Assembly: GCF_001194135.2 (NCBI RefSeq)
Contig: NC_068983.1
Coordinates: forward strand, 100,644,488 to 100,703,816
DNA length: 59,329 nucleotides
DNA from: Octopus bimaculoides
Taxonomy: Eukaryota
Direction: 5' to 3'
The notes below the pieces were generated by a model. It made no database searches and was not told where the DNA came from. It worked only from the letters and a program-made list of their open reading frames with translations. Positions 37,367 to 50,590 of this stretch are shown piece after piece (the first letter of the stretch is position 1; every line of letters starts with the position of its first letter). The translations under genes were made by a program, and so were the position numbers.

Positions 37367-38129
37367 TATATATAGAGAGAGAGAGATCGCTAACCACTAC
37401 ACACATTTTCTTTCTCTGCTGGCTTCTCTCCTTGTTTCTTTCTGTCTTCCTTTCTGTGGAAGAGGTAGGCTCGAATCGTTAAAGACTTTTTCAATTCCCG
37501 GGCGTTATACTAATACATCTGTTTGTTTTCTACACCACCTGTCTTCGTCTTTTTTTTTTGTGAATTCTCCGTATATATATATATATAATTATATATATTG
37601 GAAAATGTATGAAATCCTTGGTTACAGTTAGGTATATTTGAAAAAGGAAAAGGTAGTTCTAATCAATTTAATTTTTTAATAATATAATTTTACAGTTTGG
37701 TTTGTAGATCTAGTAAGTTCTTTATTAACTTCAGTGGCGAAATTTTTTAAAGATTTCATGTTAACTTTTCTGGAGAACTTTCTCGCATTCGTCGGTGACG
37801 ATTGTCAAACTGACCTCGGGCTGTGTTGTGCTGTGGGATTATGTATATAAGAGATTTGGGTGTGTTTGGGGTTTGTTAATAAGGGTGGGAGTAAAGGAGT
37901 GTTGATGAACAAGAGCTGAAAGAAAATAGTGAATAGTAAAAACAAGATAATTGATTGGGAGTGGAACTGGGAGGTGATGGGGTGTTTAAGGAGTGTTTTA
38001 TGAAGGGTTTGTGAAAGTGCTCTCCTGCTGGATCCATTTGAAAAGTTGACCTTTCCGAAAAAATATAATTGTCAGATGTTTTTCAAATTCTTTTCTTATT
38101 GCTGAATCTTAATTTCATAAAGAGAAGCT

Positions 38130-39620
38130 TCAATAATTTTCTATGTTAATGATGAGTTTAGGTGTGTCTAGGGAGGGGAATGTTAATGAGGTGTAAGATA
38201 CATGTCTTTTGATAAAAAGGGGATGATAGCAGAGAGAGAAAAAAATTAGGTTAGTTTTGGAAGATAACTGCAACACAGAATTTCTAAAAGTTATGGTATT
38301 TGTTAAGCTAACTTTCCATGAAAGCTTTCTTTTATTATTCAGAATAACCATACCTATTGTTTAATTACTTCTTAACATTTTCATAGAAAAAAAATCTGCT
38401 TCCTATTTTTTAGATCTATCGGAGATAAGCTGGCTAAACTTGGCACTCGCTGCAAAGCCAAAAAGTAACAGAATCTCTTAGTCTGCTTTCAAGTTTGCTT
38501 TTTAGTTTAGCCATTAGCTTAAATACTGAAATTACGTTGAATGACTGGGATTATAGTGCTTCAGTATGTGACTGAGGAAGAAATAAATCTTCATCTCCAA
38601 AGCATTTCCACAATGCTTTGATTACTTTTTATCATCTATACTCTGAATTATATGAAATACTAAGCGCTTCCCAGTACATGAGTATTTTGTCGATAAATGA
38701 CAGAAAAAGAGAGCCATCTAATCATAACATAGTATAGCTGATTACAACTATTAATAGCCACGAATTCACAAGATTCCTTTATGTTGCCCTTTTAGCTGTG
38801 ATGCTGAAATGATTGTACATTTTGAGAACAGTATTTTCAACATTTAATTCTAGTTTTCCTGTAACAAATCTTGGTGCATTGTGCAAAATATTGAGTAGAC
38901 AATTTGCAGGAATATTGTTCTTCTGAGCTATTTTCCGTTTTTGATAAAATTCTGCGGTATTTTCTATGTCATAGTTCTCTCTTACATTATCAACATTGTA
39001 AACAGACGCTTTATTCAGATCCAGAATTGACATCTCTAATTTAGTTAGTACTTGATTTGTTATTTCTTTCGATGAATCATTGCTAGCGCTATAAAAGTCA
39101 AATAACATAACGTCACTCTCTACTCAAAATGAAGTAAATACCTCGGAACTGTTGGAAACACTTTGTTTCAGTTATTACTGAAAATGGTAAACCATGCATA
39201 CTAGAACTTTTGCTTCAGCTTCATCACATTGCAATTTTCACAATTAATGAGGCAGTGTTTGGCAAATTTTACTCTGCAGACAAAGCTTCTACATGATTGA
39301 TGATGCTTCGCAGTAGTTACACTTTACACTGTTGGTTAGTTAAAATGTAATCGGTTTGAGTTAACTGAGTCAAGGAGAAAATAACAACAATAATGACATT
39401 CCATAATATGAGTGCTAAATTTATGTTTATGTGTGGTAACATGTCGTTTAACGACACTTTTTTTCCAACAGTACCAATTATCACAACGACATTGTTCACA
39501 AATTTATGTAAGCGTTTTTGTCATATCCCAAAAAGGAACAAATTAGTGCTTGTTTCAGTCTGGCACTGGATGGATTGCACTTAAAATCCGAACAGTCCAA
39601 ATTAAAGTCAGTTGTATGAA
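38130..39620 (-). pseudogene. Decayed hAT-superfamily transposase
   Basis: Fragments KHHQSCRSFVC, PFSVIT, NKVFPTVPRY, LFDFY, VYNVDNVRENY..IPANCLLNILHNA..LELNVENTVLKMYNHFSITAKR follow hAT transposase motif order; many stops; no TIRs found. Confidence 0.75.
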
Positions 39621-40417
39621 CATCCTAATAATTAGTGAAAATTTATTGTGGCAGTATCCGATTTTATAATTTTGCTAGTTACTCAGTTTTGCCACAGGGT
39701 TGTCATGTAATTCAACAGTCCTTCGTCTAAAACTGGAAAAAATATTACAGTAAAGTTAATGCTTCGTATTGGTTATTGAAATGTGTCAACTACAGTAGAA
39801 TTTATCCTGTTTTCAACGTGCTAAACAGTTGATAAATACTTCATTGCTTCAAACAGTTGTAGGCTTTGTTGTGAGGATACCAATGAGTAATATTATCTAA
39901 CATAAAGTAACTCATATTACTTAACAAAGTTGACAGTATACGTCAGTTAACATGTACTTAGAGCAGTAAGCTATGTCTCCTCTTATCGTACACTGATAGT
40001 TTCGACCTGCGAAAATTAACTATGTTGTCATGGTTACAGAATGTTGTCATTTGCAAGTTAAGGAAATATTATCTTAAACCTGAGAAACTGGCACTGTGAA
40101 GAACCGGTTGTCTCTGAGATTCATTCTAATCAGTAATTCTCTTTCATAGAAGACACAAAGACGCGGATATGTACACACAGACACAAAAACGCATGAACGC
40201 TTAAATACAGAAACATTCTTTTCTTAGCTTCAGTCATTGGGCTGCGTCCTTGTTAGGGCATTGCCTTCAAAAATTCTAGTCGGTTGTATTGATTTCTGTA
40301 CTTATTCCAGTCTGGTACTTTCATCAATATCTATTTGATAACAGTCAACTTACGGGGCATAATGAGACACTTCATCAACACAACATTAAATAATCGGTGT
40401 GATCATAAACACAGACA

Positions 40418-40487
<70 letters not shown>

Positions 40488-40506
40488 CGCGCGCGTAGGT
40501 GCGTAC

Positions 40507-40850
40507 ATGCAGTACCAACCGCAAATCTGGCGCCAGTAATGTGACCTGGCAAATGAATAACACGACGCTGCTCCAGCTAGTAGACGACCGACAAATCCAG
40601 TGACTCCGATTACAGACACTAAAATGGCGGCTTTCTTTGTGGTTGTACTAAATGCCTCAGCATAGTCCGATATGATAATAGCAGGAACTCTAGCGCCAGT
40701 AGCTGAGAGCAAACAGGAGCAGAAAAGCACTAGATATTTTGTATTTTTGAAGATATTAATATCACGGAGATAATTTTTTATACAGTTCCAACATCTATGA
40801 ATCTTTCCCGTGAAACTTTGCTCTCCATTTTTTGAAGACTTTTCCACCAA
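40507..40850 (-). CDS. Exon-like segment of an MFS monocarboxylate transporter (SLC16/MCT family), end of loop to TM7-TM8
   Basis: DINIFKNTKYLVLFCSCLLSATGARVPAIIISDYAEAFSTTTKKAAILVSVIGVTGFVGRLLAG matches the MCT pattern DxSLF.N..F..F..S......G..VP......YA......AA.L.S.IG.....GR...G; possible donor at|GTACGC at 40506. The 5' boundary is uncertain. Confidence 0.72.
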
Positions 40851-40863
40851 ATGATTCCCTTCC

Positions 40864-40913
<50 letters not shown>

Positions 40914-41408
40914 AATATGACCAAGAACTGCGCGTACTCCATCCCATGCAGCTGTGGTAGGTTATACAAAGGCGAAACATGTCGCCCCCTCAAAATAAGG
41001 GTAGAGGAACATCGCAAAGCTGTGACACGGGGAGATATTAATAAATCGGTTATAGCTGATCATGTATGGAAAAATAGAGACCACCTCCCCCTGTGGGATG
41101 AAATTAAAATAATAGACAGAGAACACCACTGGAAAATATGAAAACTAAAAGAAGCAGCACATATGCTAGGACACAACAACCTCCAAAGATTCCGTGTTCG
41201 ATTCCAGGCAATGACCTGAATAATAATATTAATAATAATAACAACAGCAACATTGAAAAATACCTTAGGAATGAGAACCATGGTTCGAAATTTTCTCAAG
41301 ACACCTGATGAAGGCTGGAGGGTATATCAGCCGAAACGTTGTGTTATCTGTCAAATGTAAATATTGTAAATAATGTACATAATTCCTCATCTCCTAGATA
41401 TAGAACTC
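40914..41408 (+). mobile_element. Penelope-like element (third lineage), short 3' fragment: GIY-YIG and tail
   Basis: TKNCAYSIPCSCGRLYKGETCRPLKIRVEEHRKAVTRGDINKSVIADHVWK..KI*KLKEAAHML; starts directly after (GTT)n. Confidence 0.9.
41300..41345 (+). ncRNA. Minimal type I hammerhead ribozyme, core and stems intact
   Basis: GACAC-CUGAUGA-A-GGCUG(GAGGGUAUAU)CAGCC-GAAA-CG-UU/GUGUU: 5-bp stem I (one G.U), 5-bp stem II, palindromic AACGUU stem III. Confidence 0.82.
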
Positions 41409-42142
41409 TAAAACGTACGTTTCTTGCAATTGTAAAAAGTACGAATGGGATTGTGACTTCTGCTGATATTATTTAAAAGATTCGTAATCATTTGTATTTG
41501 TCAAATCCGAACAGTAATAATCCTTTAAAACGATTGAAAACGTAAAGCAATGTGCAGCGCAATCATATGATGTGACATGTGTAATTAACAATTGTATGAG
41601 CAATTTATCTTTAAGTGTATGTAGATCATAACAAATAAAGATTCATTGTCGAAGTACATGGGAAATAAGATGGGGTAATATTGTTACAAATGATATAGTA
41701 CAAATAGAGAAGATAAATATTTTATTATTAGGAGGTGAGGATGTTAATTTTTATTTCACAGCAGAAAATTTTTAAGTTTTAGTAATGAAAAAAAATTAAC
41801 TTAGTAAGAGAACTTTCTCTCGGGAGCTTCTCGAAATACAGCTTCAATAATTTCATACTGTTGTTTCTGAAGCTAAAAGTTTACCGTGAACGATCTCAAG
41901 AATAAAAATGAAAAAATATAACGTTTTCACTTTTCTTAATGAGATAAAAAATTTATACAAAATCATTTACAATGATTCTGGGGAAATATGAGAAGTAACT
42001 GCATTAAGCAACAGGAAAAAGTACTTTCCCATTGTTATCTTCAATTTAGCCAGTATTTATGATACAAAATATAGCATTTGAGATTAACAAATTGATATTT
42101 CAATCCAGAAAATGCTTTCTTTAACTGGCAGCTTAGAGTTAA

Positions 42143-42224
<82 letters not shown>

Positions 42225-42228
<4 letters not shown>

Positions 42229-42380
42229 GACGGGCTTCTTTCAGTTTCCGTCTACCAAATCTACTCACAAGGCTTTGATCGGCCCGAGGCTAGAGTAGAA
42301 GACACTGGCCACGCAGTGGGACTGAACTCGGAACCATGCGGTTGAGAAGCAAGTTTCTTACCACAGAGTCACGCCTGCCC
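42225..42380 (-). mobile_element. SINE family C
   Basis: Reverse complement of the 3545-3700 type (cgacgggcttctttcagtttccgtctaccaaatc..gggactgaactcggaacc). Confidence 0.82.
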
Positions 42381-42384
42381 CTGT

Positions 42385-42427
<43 letters not shown>

Positions 42428-44700
42428 GTGTGTGTGCGTGCGTGCGTGCGCGTGTACATACATATATACATATGCATACATACACACACACATACATACA
42501 TACATACATACATACATACATACATACACACACACTCATACATACACACACACACGTACATACATACATACATACATATATGGTGACTGAAATTTGAATC
42601 AGCAACAGAAATGTTTTAGCTTAATTTTTCAATTATACATAGTAATGTTGGGGATTAATTACCAAACACAATCCATGCATTTCCGTTCCTGTAGTTGGTA
42701 CCTCATTATTATTAATAGTAGGCATTACAACTATGATTAAATGTCAAAACTGTACCAACACTATATGTTTGAACAGACGGGTAAGTTCCTCATAAACGAT
42801 ACTCAAATGTAAAATTAAAGGTCGTGGTTTGGATTATTAAAAAAGTTATATGAAGAAGTATTTTTTGAATTCAAGTGTATTACTAAATCATCGTTAGCTG
42901 TTACTGAGTATAATAAACTGAAAAATCACAAACTCCATTAAGACCGAAAGAATGGATTGCAATGTAAAATATATGCTTTATAAAACAGATATTTAGAGTA
43001 ATGGTTTTTGTAACGAAATGTTTATGTAAAAGAATGTTTGATTCAAGGGGAAAAAAATTGTCGTCTGGTTTGCTTTGCATGGAAGGATTAGCATTTAATC
43101 TATTGTCCATTAGGTATGGTGTAATTTAAACCACTAGCAAGTGCTGGATGCAAATCTTCTTTAGTGCTTAATGTAAGCAGGTGTCTACCAGTACAAAATA
43201 TATATATATATCTAAAGATATATGAAAGTGCCAATTTCACGGGCTACAGTACATCATTAATCTGATCATTAAGAGGTGAATTGTCTCCTAGGTATGAAGC
43301 AAATATATCGAAATTAATCTCCTATCAGACGACGTGTGTTTATTATCAGAGAAAGGAAATTATCATTAAGTTGTCTTGTTCAGAACATAGTGATAGCTAA
43401 TTACAGTCTCAAACACGATGTACTGAATATTTTTATAATACGAAGCAACATGCTAGAATTTAGTTCTCTTTAATGCAACATTACCAAATAAATTTTATAA
43501 CTGATAAACATCGTAACTTTATAAGGATCGATCTCGCCATCCTGCGTCATTTTAATTTATTGGTTTTTCAGTAAAACTTGTATCTCCCAATAATAAAACA
43601 CATGAATGTTTTCTATTACACGGATTTGTAAAGTCATATGTAGGAAATGTGAATATACATTTCAAGAATGTACGACTGCGTCGGCTCTCCATTCTTTTCG
43701 CTTCATTTCTATTTTCTTCTCTGACCTTTTCAAATAATTCTTCTTTTATATTATCTCAAGTACTTTTCTCGTCTGCCTTGCACAAACTTTCCCATCAGTG
43801 TTTCTTCTGGTTCTCTTATCTTTCTCTTTCATTCTTCTGTCTCTTTTCCCTATCTCCCATCCCCCTATCTCAGCTCTCTTTTCTCTCTTTCTTTCTTTAT
43901 TTCTGTCTTTCTTTCTTTCTCTCTCTTTCCTTTTCACTCTCTTTCTTATTTCCTCTCAACTCATTCAAATGTGTACGAATCACTATTTTAGGGACAAATG
44001 AAGCATTGACAGTTAGAGCTGAGGACTTAACATTTGCTGTTAATTTCCACTACATCAAGTCATCATACAACTTATAGTTTGTGCACAGACTTCGCTTAAA
44101 ACTGAAGTTACACATCAACATCCATGGTCTATCAGTGTCTACAATCCTGCTTTACGAGCGTCCAGTGAAAGATCATATCCACTGTCATTCTGACTACAAT
44201 AAACAGCAGACAAATCTCCCTAACATTAAACCCCACAGCCTATAAATAAAAGAAAGGATATTTTGATAATATAGTCCATCACCTGAAAATGGTCACACCT
44301 TGAACGCATTTGAACAAAGGTCGTCTGCTCTGAAAGCTGATCTATCTCTAAACAAAATTTATCAACGATCCTGGATTTAAGATAGCTAGCTGTATTGATA
44401 TCTATATAGCTTACAATTTATAACAGTGACATCTGACACTCTGCCAGACATATCTTTCTGAGTTTTCAGAAATGAGATATCATTTAAGATAATGTCGAAT
44501 TAGTAGTGTGCGGGACTAAGAACATTACAATGGTTAGTTAATGTCTTGTCTGCAAACTTGCGGCACTTTCAGTACAACTACTACTTTGTATTTTCTTTCC
44601 TAGCACAATTTGTCATTTCTTACTTTCTCGTAACACCTTTTGTCAGCCATTTTCCATCTTCAGTTTCCTGCTTCACGTGAGCGGTGTGAACTGTGAACTG

Positions 44701-44749
<49 letters not shown>

Positions 44750-46451
44750 NNNNNNNNNNNNNNNNNNNNNNNNNNNNNNNNNNNNNNNNNNNNNNNNNNN
44801 NNNNNNNNNNNNNNNNNNNNNNNNNNNNNNNNNNNNNNNNNNNNNNNNNNNNNNNNNNNNNNNNNNNNNNNNNNNNNNNNNNNNNNNNNNNNNNNNNNNN
44901 NNNNNNNNNNNNNNNNNNNNNNNNNNNNNNNNNNNNNNNNNNNNNNNNNNNNNNNNNNNNNNNNATATATATATATATATATATATACTATACTAAATGT
45001 AAATACATCGTTGAAAGGCAATTTACTACAGTATTCGTTCAGCAATAACATCCCTTATGTATGTACTGTGTTAAAAAACAAAACATATTTCGGAGGGAGA
45101 TGATAAACATCCTAGAAGCAGCTAGCAACAAAGCCAGATGCATTTGAGTCTCCTTGGACCTTGTCAATAGCGTGTACTCCCAGCCAGCCAATGCTTTGAC
45201 GAGATTTGTCGCCTCTGATTACATAGCAGATTGTCATCTTTGAGTATGCAAGCATGTATGTCATTGCATATGTAGATTTGTTTGTGTGGATTTGCATATG
45301 AGTACATACACATGTTTGTATGTCTATACATATGCATATATACCTATTTAAACGTAACTACAGGAATGTTCTGAGATATATGCATGTATGGTACGCATGC
45401 ATACAAGTATGTATATCAGGTTTCGTGCGTCGTCTTGTAACTTCTTTATTCTATTTCATTAGAAAAATCGCTTAACCCGAATTGCCGCAATTTACCTTAT
45501 GGGAAATAAGAGCGCAAAACGGGTGCCTGTTCAACGAATAATTATCGAATATTATCAGCAGGTCATTTTGAGAAAATTCTAGATTATAAATGAAAGCGTG
45601 AAGAAATGGATAAAGTGTCCGTTCTGCGATTATACAGAGGTTCAGAGAAACGATGTAGTTGGAGTCCCTTGACAGAACCGTTGCATTGTAGCTAGACTTG
45701 CTAGAAATATCAGCTAAACATTGTCCCACTGTGATTTTTTTTTTTATGAAGACAAGACACATTACACAATGTTGTGCCCCGTACCCTCAACAGGATTATC
45801 GCAGCTTGGGTTTACTCGAACAGGGTTGACCTGAAGCTAAATTAGAATAACATACAACAAATACAACATGAAATGGTTATTCTTTTTGCTGTGTAACTTT
45901 GAAACATTTGTATGTGAGCGTAATGTCATAAAAATTAAACAGTGTACTTTCTTTACGTGAACCAAAGACCGTCAAGCAAAAGTAAGTTCGCAGAGAGTCG
46001 AATTCACGATCCGCTTTCGATTTCTAATAGTAAACATTTTATTTAAGTTACAGTTACACTATTACCTTTGGGAAAAGGTGTACGCACCGATGATTTTAGT
46101 ACATGAGTTGTACATGAAATTTATCTATGTTTAATTGCTTAATCTATATAGTGGCATTCAGAATCAATATTCTGCTATATGTACAATTTTGTTTCTCGTG
46201 AAACGTCAGTCAAGAAAGGAGACTGTCTTTACTAAGCCAAAGAAGCAGCCTTCATCTGTTTGCTCGACCTGTTAAAGTAGCAGTCAAATAAACCTTTAAG
46301 TGACATCCTACCATCTTTAAAAAGGAAGAACTCATTAAGTAATGAATTTCTAGATTCGTTGTAACTGAAAAGACGAAATGCTAGAGGCTGGAAAAAATTA
46401 TCAAATCACTGCTTGTTTTCAGCTGGCCTGGGCTAAACTACTAATAATAAT

Positions 46452-46645
46452 GGTTTCAAATTTTGCCTCAAGAAGATGAGTCGATTACATCAACCCGTGT
46501 TCAACTGGTACTTATTTTATCGACCCCGAAAGGATGAAAGGTAAAGTTGACCTCGGTGGAATTTGAACTCAGAGCGTAAAGATAAACTAAATGCCGCTAA
46601 GCATTTTACCCGGCATATTAGCGGTTCCGCTAGTTCGCCGCCTCA
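46452..46645 (-). mobile_element. SINE family B
   Basis: caactggtacttattttatcgaccccgaaaggatgaaaggtaaagttgacctcgg..tcgccgcct. Confidence 0.88.
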
Positions 46646-46956
46646 AAACTACTACTAATAATGCTACCTACGTGGTAATCGATAGAGCCCAATCTAATGC
46701 TTGGCTTTCAAGACAGACGGCGACATTAACATACTGAACTGATGTGTGCGTGTGTGTATGTGATATAATATATCTATGCACTCTACCCAGCGTATTGAGT
46801 TCTACATCAGGTAATATTTGCTGTTTGCACTGAGAAATATATTATTGATATATTTTACTAGTTACATTACTACACATACACACATGCACACACATACACA
46901 CATGCACACACATACACACATGCGCTCTTTCTCTCTCTCTCTTTCTCTCTCTCTCA

Positions 46957-46989
<33 letters not shown>

Positions 46990-47030
46990 ATCCGCTTTCT
47001 CTCTCTTCCCCACACACATGCTCGCATGCA

Positions 47031-47073
<43 letters not shown>

Positions 47074-47802
47074 TTTCTCTCTCTCTCTCATCCACTCCCC
47101 CCACACTCACACACACTGGTCTTTAGGGTCGTTAGTTCGTCTCCTGTCGACAAAAACTTTCTCGAACTCTGTCAATCAAATAACTGAACGTATCAGTGGA
47201 ACTATTACTTAATACACCATCAATTACTGTCCTTAATTGAGATGGACGAGCTACTAATTTAAACTTCGTCAAATCTATTTCCTTTAAAGAAAGGAAACCT
47301 AACAGCTATGAATACCATACAATTGGACACAAACCTATCTCTGTAAAAAGAAAAAATAGAAATAGTGCGTTCACACTGTTTGAGCTCTTCCAGTATAAAA
47401 AGACTTTGCGCGGTAGCCTGTGCCATAGACGCCTAGGTTTAGCCTGACATTCACATAATGGGACGTGGAAAAGAATTCTTTGAAGACAAGCGTCCAATTA
47501 TCCAACAGCGTGGTCTACAACTTTATATCATCAACATGTCTTCTTCTAGAGAATAGTCAACAATCTTTGTCAACAATGGAAACCGTGAATTCAACGATAA
47601 AACATCGAATCGATTTCTCTATTACCACTTTAATCATCTGACAGAGAGGCCTTGACGTCTGTTGCAGCAGACGACAGCATAAGAGTCGCATATCATTTCT
47701 TTCTCTCTTTTTCCTTCTGCGTATTTTGCCAGCGTCTCTTTTCTAGAAGTTTTATTTATTGTGTTTATGTAGTGTGTATATTTCTACTTTCCTTCTCTTT
47801 GT

Positions 47803-47862
<60 letters not shown>

Positions 47863-48519
47863 GTGCGTGTGTTGTGTGTGTGTGTGTGTGTGTAGGACAG
47901 ATCTCTTCGGGAATGGATGGTATAAAATAGATATCAGAATTAGAAATATGTTTGTTTATTAAAAGATCTGAAAACTCTCTAGTCTGTAAACACACACACA
48001 CACACACACACACGCACATACACACACACACACACACGCACAAACGAACAAACAAGCAAACACAGACTCATGCATGTACATGCAGACATATGCTTTCTCA
48101 TACTTATATATAAGTTCATGTAGTTTGAACCCCTACATATACACATATACACACGCCACAATTAGATTAATTTTCCAGTTCTCTTCTAATTCATATTTAA
48201 TCAATATTTCTAGTTATATGTAAAATGCAAACTTTTCAAGAAACGATTAATTGGTTTTCCTAAACAAAGAAAGACAATAATTCTTCTCCGTATTTGGGCT
48301 ACCGAAAAGTGATATTGTATTTCGTGTAATAGGTTCAAACCAAAATATTATATATAGTAAATATATTTTTTCATCCAAAATATAATCGCTACCGTTAACA
48401 CTAACATTTCCCCCACCTCGAAACCAGTTTTCTCATTCTTCGGGCAAAATAAATCATGTTCTTTAGAAAAGAAAAATGTTTGGAGTACCGTTTCGACATC
48501 GTCTCTGCTTCTGAATGTT

Positions 48520-49000
48520 TTTCCATTGGTAAAGTGTTCAAATGACCTGATGAATAAGTGGAAAATAAGATGGTGCTAAGTCTGGTGGGTAACGAGAATG
48601 AAGTAGATCTTCCCTGCTTAATGGATTTATCTTTTCGTGAGTTATCTTATTGACTGCGCAGCTTTATTCCCTGAAGACAGTTCATGAGGTACCCATTTCC
48701 TTTCTCTATACATTTTCTCAGTCTGCTTGAGATAATCTTGCACAGTGGACCAAGGTTTATTAAGCTTCCGGGATAAATCTCCGATATTTTGGCACAGATC
48801 CTCTTCAGTTACTGTTTTCACTGCGTAATTATTGAGAACAGCTTGCCTTCCTGATCGATACCCATCCAAAAGATCGAAATCGACAATCTTTTAATTTGTC
48901 AAACCACCTTTGGCATTTCCGAATACTCGCACCATCAGGATATAAAATACATATATTTTTCTTTACAAGTGTTACATTGTTGCCCTTACGAAATTCATGA
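48520..49000 (-). mobile_element. Second mariner, internally deleted transposase relic
   Basis: KGNNVTLVKKNIC..IRKCQRWFDKL, RSGR, LSRKLNKPWSTVQDYLKQ..KWVPHELS, then directly LHSRYPPDLAPSYF (YSPDL motif); the catalytic middle is missing. Confidence 0.85.
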
Positions 49001-49504
49001 AGCATGCAATATGCAACTCTCTAAAGTCCTTGTCTTCTGATAAAGCATATATATACATACGGCACGTGTCTACATTAACGTTTGGTCACTAAGTCAGTAC
49101 TGATTGGCTGATTGCAAACAGAAACACCTTTTATTGGCTTGTAATTTTTTCGTGGTATAACGTCAGAGTATTTGCTTGAAAATGCGACATTACTTTTCGG
49201 TACCTCTGAGATATTATTAATTTGTAACCAGATCTAAGGAGAAGGTTCTTGTTTTAAATATATAGGAATGGTGTATAAACAAAAGAATCGATCCTATTAT
49301 ATTATTTGTTCTATATTTTATTTACACCAGAGAAACAAAAGTTATTTCCGATACAGGTGTAATTTGATATAAGAACAGCAAGCAATTAGTTACATACTGT
49401 AAAGCATCCAGGATGGCTTTTCTTCTGTCTCTGATAATTTGATTACACACATATGTTCCGTTTAATGTGGACGTTGTTTAATCCAGCAACAACATTTTCC
49501 TTCA

Positions 49505-50590
49505 TGAAACCTCTTACCAATTGATGAATCGTTAGAGCGTTCGAAAAAATGCCCAGGAGTATTTTTTCTGGCTCGATACGTTCTAAGTTCAAATAGCGCC
49601 GTGGTCAACGTTGCCTTTCATCCTTTCTGGATTGATAAAATAAAATACCGGTAAAGTACTAAGTTGTTGTTATCAACTTGCTACACCCTCCTCACAAAAT
49701 TGTTGGCCCTCAGGCAAAATTTGAAAAACTCATTCCACGGAGGTCGAATTTATCCGTTCAGAGTCGAAAAAATAACTATCAGTCGAGCACAATATAATCG
49801 ACTGTTCCCCCCCCCCACCTCTCCCTTAGTGCTAGACTTGTATCAACATTTGAAACAACTATTGTTGTTGTTGTTGTTGTTGTTGTTATGGCGAAATATC
49901 GGTATCCATCATTCCTGGGACGAGCTGTCTCGCCTGTCTTTGACTTTCAGCTGTTTTAATACCCAGTGCAATGCGGAAGTCATCCTTCAGGTGCTTCACC
50001 ACAGCAAACCGGCGAACAAACAAAATACATACATTGAGTATGTGCGGTCGATAATGTTTACAACACTAACGCTGCTTTTAATCTTATGTATGCATCGTCG
50101 CGGCATGCCAGCAAATAGTTTTTACACTATTTATATATCGTCAAAAAGAGGCGATTCAGTTCGATTTAGGAACGTGATGTTGATAAGCCACAAAAACTAT
50201 GGCGAAATATCAGTATCCATCACTCTAGAATGGAATCTGGGGCGAGTTGTCTCGCCTGTCAATGACTTTCAAGTTAGCCAGTGCAATGAGCGAATTGTCC
50301 TTCGGACGCTTACCGGCGAACAGATAAAATACATGCACTGAGTATGTGGGGTCGATAATATATATATAAGGCGAGCTGGCAGAATCGTGAGCAAAATACT
50401 TAGCAAAATACATTTCGTCCGTCTTTACGTTCTGAGTTCAAATTCTGCCGAGGTCGACTTTGCCCTTCATTCTTCTGAGAGCGATGTAATCCACCAACCC
50501 CCTCCCTCNNNNNNNNNNATTCTTCTGAGAGCGATGTAATCCACCAACCCCCTCCCTCGAACTTGCTGGCCTTGTGTCAAAATTTGAAAC
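49505..50590 (+). mobile_element. Cluster of family B SINEs (49505-49735, 50368-50590) around two chimeric blocks
   Basis: Family B motifs at both ends; blocks 49888-50055 and 50199-50359 are diverged direct repeats. Confidence 0.75.

Noticed and set aside
45472-45762. 96-aa minus-strand ORF ending near a GTAAAT donor, considered as an upstream MCT exon
   Set aside because: No transmembrane pattern or MCT motif (e.g. DGGWGW); no recognisable homology.
47440-47600. HVDDIKL on the minus strand as a LINE RT YADD motif
   Set aside because: Flanking RT motifs are absent; too weak to support.
48547-48570. CTGATGA..GAAA spacing (similar at 24475 and 26943)
   Set aside because: No stem II or stem I complementarity; chance matches.
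49664-50341. 225-aa plus-strand ORF
   Set aside because: It runs through SINE pieces, a (GTT)n tract and the duplicated blocks; no domain signature.
50469-50560. 40-bp direct repeat around a 10-N gap (also 3730-3850)
   Set aside because: Identical sequence on both sides of a 10-N gap is a typical unmerged contig overlap, an assembly artefact.
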